The notes below the pieces were generated by a model, which saw only the letters and a list, made by a program, of their open reading frames with translations, made no database searches and had not been told where the DNA came from. From an uncultured Candidatus Saccharibacteria bacterium (GTDB lineage: Bacteria; Patescibacteriota; Minisyncoccia; UBA6257; 1-14-0-10-44-23): a DNA stretch of 64,000 nt. Shown in pieces: positions 58,565 to 64,000 of the stretch (position 1 is the stretch's first letter; each line of letters starts with the position of its first letter). The position numbers and the translations under genes were made by a program. The DNA lies in contig CAYMXN010000002.1 in assembly GCA_964394435.1 (NCBI GenBank), positions 206,196-270,195 of the forward strand. The letters run 5' to 3'.

Positions 58565-60736
58565 ATGGCTGAATTAGAGAAGAATTATAACCCGCAGGAG
58601 GCCGAACCTCGTATTTATAAGCTCTGGGAGGAGTCGGGGTATTTTAATCCGGAAAAGATGATTGCGGATGGGTTAACTAAGTCAGATGCTAAGCCGTTTA
58701 CGATTATGATGCCACCACCAAATGTGACCGGTGTGCTCCATATGGGTCACGCGATGATGTTAACGCTAGAGGATATTATGATTCGCTATCACCGTATGAA
58801 AGGTGATCGGACACTTTGGGTGCCGGGTACCGACCATGCCGCTATCGCGACGCAGGCGCGTGTAGAAAAAGATATTCAAAAAACCGAGGATAAGTCGCGT
58901 TATGACTTAGGACGCGAAGAGCTCGTAAAGCGTATTGAGGCGTTCGCGCTACAAAGCAAGCAAACTATTTTAGAACAGGTAAAGACGATGGGTGCGTCGT
59001 GTGATTGGAGCCGGCTCGTATATACGCTAGATGAGGGGCCTTCCAAAGCCGTTCGGATGGTGTTTAAGCAGATGTATGATGACGGACTGATTTATCGGGG
59101 TAATCGTATTGTGAACTGGGACCCGAAGGGTCAGACGACGATTGCGGATGATGAGATTGTGTATGAGAGTCGTAAAGCAAAGCTCTATACGTTTAAATAC
59201 AGTAAAAATTTTCCGATTGAGATCTCGACGACTCGTCCGGAGACAAAAGTAGGTGATACGGCAGTCGCGGTGAATCCGAACGATGCGCGCTATCAGCAGT
59301 ATGTTGGTAAAACATATGAGTTAGTTTTCTGTGGTGTACCACTCAAGATTAAGGTAGTTGCTGATGAGGGGGTGGATATGGCCTTTGGCACGGGCGCACT
59401 TGGCGTAACGCCGGCGCACAGTCAGATTGATTGGGAGATAGCGCAAAAGAATGATCTTGAGGTGAAGCAGGTAATTAGCGAGCGCGCCAAGATGATAAAT
59501 GTGGGCGGTGAGCTGGAGGGTAAAAAGGTACTCGAGGCGCGCGAGTTAATCGTAGCGTGGCTTAAGAGTGAGGGTTTGCTTAGCAAAGAAGAAGAGATTG
59601 ATCAGAATGTCGCAACCGCGGAGCGTACGGGTGGTGTTGTTGAGCCGCTTCCAAAGCTCCAATGGTTTGTGGCGGTGAATAAAGAGTTTAAGTCTCGCAA
59701 TCAGGGCTTCTTGAAGTCGCTTTTTGGCGGGAAGACGACGCTCAAACAGATTATGCGTGAGGCGGTTAGTAGCGGGCAGGTGGATATTATGCCCGATCAT
59801 TTTAAAAAGATTTATTTCCACTGGATTGAGAATCTACGTGATTGGTGTATCAGCCGTCAGATTTGGTTTGGCCACCGGGTGCCGGTTTGGTATAAGGGTG
59901 AAGAGATTGTCGTTGGCGAGGCTCCTGCAGGTGAAGGATGGAAGCAGGATGAAGACACCCTCGACACGTGGTTTAGTTCGGGTATGTGGACGTTTTCCGC
60001 ACTTGGCTGGCCAGACAAGCTTGATGACTTAAAGATTTATCACCCGACCGACGTGCTCGAGACGGGGTACGAGATTATCTTCTTCTGGGTGGCACGTATG
60101 ATTTTGATGAGTGGGTATGTGCTTGGTGAAGTGCCATTTAAGAAGGTTTATTTCCACGGGACGGTACGTGATGATAAGGGGAGGAAGATGAGTAAGAGTT
60201 TAGGTAATGGCATCGACCCGATGGATGTGGCAAAAGAGTTTGGAACTGATGCCGGACGTATGGCGTTGGTAATCGGAACTTCGGCGGGAACGGATCAAAA
60301 AATTAGCAAAGATAAAATTAAGGGGTATAAGCATTTTGCGAATAAGCTCTGGAATATCAGCCGGTTTGTGCTTATGAACGCAGATGGTTTGGATATGGCA
60401 GCCGCTTTATCTGAGAAGGATGCGTCTTTGATTAAAGTATTTGAGGGTATTAAGTCAGAAGTTGCTACTCATATCGAGGCGTTTGAGTTTCACTTGGCGG
60501 GAGAAAAGGCGTATCACTATGTGTGGCATACATTTGCTGATGTGATTATCGAAGAGAGCAAGGCGGCGTTGATGGGGGGTGATGAGACCGCGAAGCGTTC
60601 GGCGCAGCGTATGGTAATGGAGATTTTGACCGGTTCGATGAAGATACTGCATCCGTTTATGCCGTTTGTGACTGAAGAGATTTGGAGTAAGTTGCCAATT
60701 GTGGATAAGAAATTATTAATGGTAACTAAGTGGTAA
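58565..60736 (+). CDS. valS: valyl-tRNA synthetase, short form without C-terminal coiled-coil
   Basis: PPPNVTGVLHMGHA (HIGH) and KMSKSLGN; 723 aa. Confidence 0.8.
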   Translation: MAELEKNYNPQEAEPRIYKLWEESGYFNPEKMIADGLTKSDAKPFTIMMPPPNVTGVLHMGHAMMLTLEDIMIRYHRMKGDRTLWVPGTDHAAIATQARVEKDIQKTEDKSRYDLGREELVKRIEAFALQSKQTILEQVKTMGASCDWSRLVYTLDEGPSKAVRMVFKQMYDDGLIYRGNRIVNWDPKGQTTIADDEIVYESRKAKLYTFKYSKNFPIEISTTRPETKVGDTAVAVNPNDARYQQYVGKTYELVFCGVPLKIKVVADEGVDMAFGTGALGVTPAHSQIDWEIAQKNDLEVKQVISERAKMINVGGELEGKKVLEARELIVAWLKSEGLLSKEEEIDQNVATAERTGGVVEPLPKLQWFVAVNKEFKSRNQGFLKSLFGGKTTLKQIMREAVSSGQVDIMPDHFKKIYFHWIENLRDWCISRQIWFGHRVPVWYKGEEIVVGEAPAGEGWKQDEDTLDTWFSSGMWTFSALGWPDKLDDLKIYHPTDVLETGYEIIFFWVARMILMSGYVLGEVPFKKVYFHGTVRDDKGRKMSKSLGNGIDPMDVAKEFGTDAGRMALVIGTSAGTDQKISKDKIKGYKHFANKLWNISRFVLMNADGLDMAAALSEKDASLIKVFEGIKSEVATHIEAFEFHLAGEKAYHYVWHTFADVIIEESKAALMGGDETAKRSAQRMVMEILTGSMKILHPFMPFVTEEIWSKLPIVDKKLLMVTKW

Positions 60737-60740
60737 GTAT

Positions 60741-61058
60741 ATGGTTGAACGCACGCCATCGCCGGAAATTTCAGATGCCGAGCTTGTTGAGGCGCTTAGA
60801 TCACGTGGGATAAACGATTTGGAGGTGATTGGCCTGCTATTTAGTTGGACGATGCAGGAAGAGGCGAAGGTTGGAAGAGCTCCTCGTGACGGAGTTGAAT
60901 TTAATATTCGCAGAGGAAAGATTTATGTAGCTGCCGGGTATCACGAAGAGGCTCTCGAGATGTTTCAAGATGCTCTTTTACAGGCCGAGCAGGAAGTAAT
61001 TCCCGATCTCTGCGAGTATCTTGCGCTTGTCATTAAGACGATGAATGAACGGAGATAG
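60741..61058 (+). CDS. hypothetical 105-aa protein
   Basis: ORF with no recognisable motif; helical and acidic. Confidence 0.35.
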   Translation: MVERTPSPEISDAELVEALRSRGINDLEVIGLLFSWTMQEEAKVGRAPRDGVEFNIRRGKIYVAAGYHEEALEMFQDALLQAEQEVIPDLCEYLALVIKTMNERR

Positions 61059-61100
61059 GACAGAGGGCGCCGGTAGTTTCTGGGTGATATACTTATAGTA

Positions 61101-61793
61101 ATGCTGCATCCGTTTCTTATTACTGGACTCGGACTTTTGCCAAGCTTAATTTGGCTGATTTTCTATTTACAGGAAGACCGGAAACATCCCGAGCCGCTGC
61201 GTATGATTATATACGCCTTTGTCTTGGGTGGGCTGATGACTTTTTTTGCGCTTGTCTTACAGATTTTGTTGCGTTTGGTGCTGTATGAAAATGGCGTGCC
61301 CGCACATAGCGAGATAGAGCTCGCGGTGTTTTCAGTGGTTGAAGAGGTGTTGAAGTTTTTAGCCGTATTTATCTTTATTCGCAAGCGACAGGAGTTTGAT
61401 GAGCCACTGGATGCGATGATTTATATGATTATCGTCTCCTTGGGATTTGCAGCCGTGGAAAATATCGCCTCGCTTGGACAGTATTCGAATGGCGTGAGTG
61501 GGCTTATCGGGATTACTACGATGGAGGCGGTGGCGTTACGCTTTTTTGGCGCGACCGTGCTGCATAGCGTTTCTTCAGGATTGCTTGGGTATCATTGGGC
61601 TATGGGTATTGAGCGACGCAGGGCGGTTGGATGGTATATCGCCGTTGGTCTTGGGGTAGCTATCTCTCTGCACACGCTTTTCAACTATCTGATTATTAAG
61701 ACGGGGCCGGGGAGCTGGGCGATCGCGTTTACGGTCTTTATCGCATTTTTCCTTTTAGCTGATTTTGAGACGCTTAAGGCGACTGATGATTAA
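61101..61793 (+). CDS. PrsW-family intramembrane metalloprotease-like protein
   Basis: Polytopic; EEVLKF and FAAVEN motifs characteristic of the PrsW (CPBP-related) family. Confidence 0.55.
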   Translation: MLHPFLITGLGLLPSLIWLIFYLQEDRKHPEPLRMIIYAFVLGGLMTFFALVLQILLRLVLYENGVPAHSEIELAVFSVVEEVLKFLAVFIFIRKRQEFDEPLDAMIYMIIVSLGFAAVENIASLGQYSNGVSGLIGITTMEAVALRFFGATVLHSVSSGLLGYHWAMGIERRRAVGWYIAVGLGVAISLHTLFNYLIIKTGPGSWAIAFTVFIAFFLLADFETLKATDD

Positions 61794-61816
61794 TCTTTGA
61801 TGGTATACTTAACGTT

Positions 61817-62296
61817 ATGGATAATGACACGAAGAAATTTTTTGAAGAGTTAGCTTCTGGTGCTCATTTGAAGGCGAAAAAGGAGTCACGAGCCGAAGAA
61901 GAGCATAAAGAGGTTATTGAGCATACCGATGAGCCCTCGCTCGAGGGGAGTATTGCTGATGAGCGCGAGGGGCAGCTTACGATTGATGTGTATCAACGCC
62001 CGGATGCGATTGTGATTGAGTCTCCGATCGCGGGAGTGCGCAGTGATGACTTAGAAATTACGATTACCAGTGAGTCGGTGACGATTCGGGGTAAGCGGGA
62101 GCGGGAAGGGGCGATTAGTGATGAGGATTACTTTTATCAGGAGTGTTATTGGGGAAGGTTTTCCCGTTCGGTCATCTTGCCGCAGGAAATCGACCCGGAT
62201 AGCTCGGAAGCGAGCATTAAAAACGGGGTTTTGACCCTGGTGATGCCTAAAGTAAACAAGGCGAAGCAGAAAAAGCTTAAGGTAAAGATAGATTAG
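61817..62296 (+). CDS. small heat-shock protein (Hsp20/alpha-crystallin)
   Basis: alpha-crystallin domain DVYQRPDAIVIESPIAGVRSDDLEITI...GRFSRSVILP...NGVLTLVMPK. Confidence 0.8.
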   Translation: MDNDTKKFFEELASGAHLKAKKESRAEEEHKEVIEHTDEPSLEGSIADEREGQLTIDVYQRPDAIVIESPIAGVRSDDLEITITSESVTIRGKREREGAISDEDYFYQECYWGRFSRSVILPQEIDPDSSEASIKNGVLTLVMPKVNKAKQKKLKVKID

Positions 62297-62302
62297 TGGT
62301 GA

Positions 62303-62335
62303 AAACGCCCGCCAAATGGCGGGCGTTTGATTTTA
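62303..62335 (+). terminator. rho-independent terminator after hsp20
   Basis: aaaacgcccgccaaatggcgggcgtttgatttt. Confidence 0.7.
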
Positions 62336-62485
62336 GCTTAAAAAGCACCCTAGGATAGCCTAAAAACCTAGGTTTTAAGCGGTTCCTTGACGTTTTCTAT
62401 TGACAATTGTCTAATTATATGATAGGATAGAGCTACTAGCAGTAAGTCCCCGTGTATGTGAGGGGATTTTTTGTTAGACAAACCT

Positions 62486-62995
62486 ATGAAAATAAACAAC
62501 CTTTTAATCAGTCTTTCAGCGGCGATTAAGGCGAATTATAAGCCATTAACGGCTCTTATTCTCCTTTTAGTGGCTATCTCTGTGCAAATGGTTTCTGCGG
62601 CTCGCGAAAGCCAGTTTGCAGACAGTGAAGAGCTTCATGATGCGGTTACGCTTACTGCCGAGACCTCACTCGCTCCTAAACAGGAGGTGGTGAAGATCCG
62701 CGCAACGGCGTATAACGCTGATGCTGCGCAGACTGACAGTACGCCAGATATTATGGCGAGTGGTAAGAAGGTCTATCCTGGTGCGATCGCGTGTCCACGT
62801 CGTTACCCATTTGGTACGAAAGTAACGATTAATGGTAAGACGTATACGTGTGAGGACCGTATGAATCTTCGCTTCGATGCTTCCTTTGGAAACTCGAAGG
62901 ATGAGCGCTTTGATATCTTGATGGCTACCCGCAAAGAGGCTATCAACTGGGGTATCCGCCATGTTGATGCGACCATCACTATCTACGAGTCATAA
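62486..62995 (+). CDS. 3D-domain (MltA-like) cell-wall-binding protein
   Basis: ATAY..D..PD...G........P.GTKV.I....Y...DR arrangement of conserved Asp residues; start set at ATG 62486 (the track TTG start at 62471 lies in a U-tract). Confidence 0.6.
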   Translation: MKINNLLISLSAAIKANYKPLTALILLLVAISVQMVSAARESQFADSEELHDAVTLTAETSLAPKQEVVKIRATAYNADAAQTDSTPDIMASGKKVYPGAIACPRRYPFGTKVTINGKTYTCEDRMNLRFDASFGNSKDERFDILMATRKEAINWGIRHVDATITIYES

Positions 62996-63031
62996 TGAAA
63001 TTAAAACACCCTCTAACGAGGGTGTTTTAAT

Positions 63032-63511
63032 TTAGATGTTGGTAAATGCCTTTTTAAGAACAGCGTGCGTGAGGGGAAAGGTGACGAGAGTGTTTTTTGG
63101 ATTCTTGGTGGCAGTAGTTGCTAGGTGTTTGAGATCGTCCGGGTAGAGGAGTTCGATTGAGGCGGTTTCGCGTCGTGGTTTGATGAGGGTTAAGATGTTG
63201 TGCGGAACGGTTAGGAGGTGGGCGTGGAAGGTGCGGCCCGCGGTTTCGATGCGGGCTATCTCGTGTACATTTTTAATGTATCGTTTGATATGTTTAGCTG
63301 CGTGTTCGCCAAGGTGTAATTTAATCGCGCGCTCGAGAGCTTGATTTATTGTTTCTCCTTTTTTGACGTTCGCGTTGGCGCTGAGTTGAAGGACGCCGGC
63401 AAAGCGGCTTGGGCGTAAGTGTTTGTACGTTCCGCGTTTGTGTAAGATAGCGGCGATGCCTTTGCTGGGAATATCGGTAAGAATAAGGAGTCCGACGGAG
63501 AGTTTAACCAT
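63032..63511 (-). CDS. hypothetical protein, possibly degenerate NUDIX fold
   Basis: KKGETINQALERAIKLHLGE loosely resembles GX5EX7REUXEEXGU; weak. Confidence 0.3.
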   Translation of the reverse strand: MVKLSVGLLILTDIPSKGIAAILHKRGTYKHLRPSRFAGVLQLSANANVKKGETINQALERAIKLHLGEHAAKHIKRYIKNVHEIARIETAGRTFHAHLLTVPHNILTLIKPRRETASIELLYPDDLKHLATTATKNPKNTLVTFPLTHAVLKKAFTNI

Positions 63512-63576
63512 AGATATAGTGTAGCAAATAAAAAGCCCGCGCTACATCTTCTGTGATGTGCGCGGGCGGGGGACGG

Positions 63577-63999
63577 TTAGCGCTGGCTCCAAGGGGCTTC
63601 AAACGCCTGGCGGAGCTTATTGAAGAACTGGTTGTTGCTGATGTCGGCGATGAACTTCGCGCGACTGAGCACGATCCACCTCATCCAGAGCGCGATGACC
63701 AGGCAGATCGCTTCGTCTTCGGGGGCTTGGCGTCCGGAGAAGCCGACGAGTATCTGATTCGAGCAGCGAATCGCTCCCTGGTATCGCTCGAGCTGATCGT
63801 TGCGACTCTGGAACGACGACCAGTGGTCGGGGAAGCTGGCGAGGCGGCGTGGTTTCTCTTCGGCAAGCGCTCGGCAGCGCTTGGTCTTGCTCGGATCGGC
63901 GAGCTCTCCGATTTGTGCGCACTCAGCGGGCAAGTCCGGGAAAAGGACGAAGAGGTAACCACCTTTGCGTGTCTTGTCGGGGCTAAGTTCGGTCGCCAT
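63577..63999 (-). CDS. hypothetical protein in a GC-rich terminal islet
   Basis: About 62% GC; 140-aa ORF with ATG at the window edge; terminator hairpin GCCCGCGC...GCGCGGGC at 63532-63575; several overlapping alternative frames. Confidence 0.35.
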   Translation of the reverse strand: MATELSPDKTRKGGYLFVLFPDLPAECAQIGELADPSKTKRCRALAEEKPRRLASFPDHWSSFQSRNDQLERYQGAIRCSNQILVGFSGRQAPEDEAICLVIALWMRWIVLSRAKFIADISNNQFFNKLRQAFEAPWSQR

Positions 64000-64000
64000 T

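Overview
This 64-kb window looks like a gene-dense, reduced bacterial genome with about 48% GC and almost no intergenic space. Genes are small, there is a lone 16S rRNA gene, rpoA has no alpha-CTD, RF1 is truncated, and a type IV pilus locus is present. That profile is typical of a Patescibacteria/CPR-like, possibly episymbiotic, lineage; this is inference. Native genes, in window order: ftsA-ftsZ (division); ybeY, yqeY and rpsU; hisS, lepB and pth; a complete type IV pilus locus (PilM/N-like, pilin-like proteins including a giant repeat-bearing pilin-like protein, PilC, PilB, a putative prepilin peptidase and two tandem near-identical major pilin genes); an orphan 16S rRNA gene; a DoxX-family protein; rpmE; a sensor kinase and NUDIX; an operon-like set of amino-acid dehydrogenase, PaaK-like adenylating enzyme and ThiF/E1-like enzyme, with a separately transcribed nitroreductase; an ABC exporter; a methyltransferase; GNAT; two CheY paralogs; an RF1 that lacks domain 1; ftsK; a PGM/PMM-family mutase; a Fur-family regulator and a ZIP transporter sharing a palindromic operator motif; iscS; htrA; clpB; an O-antigen-ligase-like protein; the infA-rpmJ-rpsM-rpsK-rpsD-rpoA-rplQ operon followed by rplM-rpsI; tsaD; valS; PrsW; Hsp20; and a 3D-domain protein. 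The most unusual signal is a set of at least seven short islets with about 58-62% GC (18.4 kb, 29.8 kb, 32.4 kb, 36.4-37.3 kb, 38.0-38.7 kb, 44.6-45.1 kb, 63.5-64.0 kb). Most of their ORFs carry a strong Shine-Dalgarno sequence, and most islets end in a rho-independent terminator. The best-developed islet (36.4-37.3 kb) has an AT-rich sigma70 promoter, two copies of a 30-nt hairpin-plus-SD leader, and a translationally coupled chain of micro-ORFs (hydrophobic 54, 51 and 31 aa; Cys-rich 67 aa). No native gene checked has an SD, and the 16S 3' end reads GGATCA-ATTAAAC rather than the canonical CCTCC anti-SD tail. No CRISPR array, tRNA, transposase or integrase was seen.
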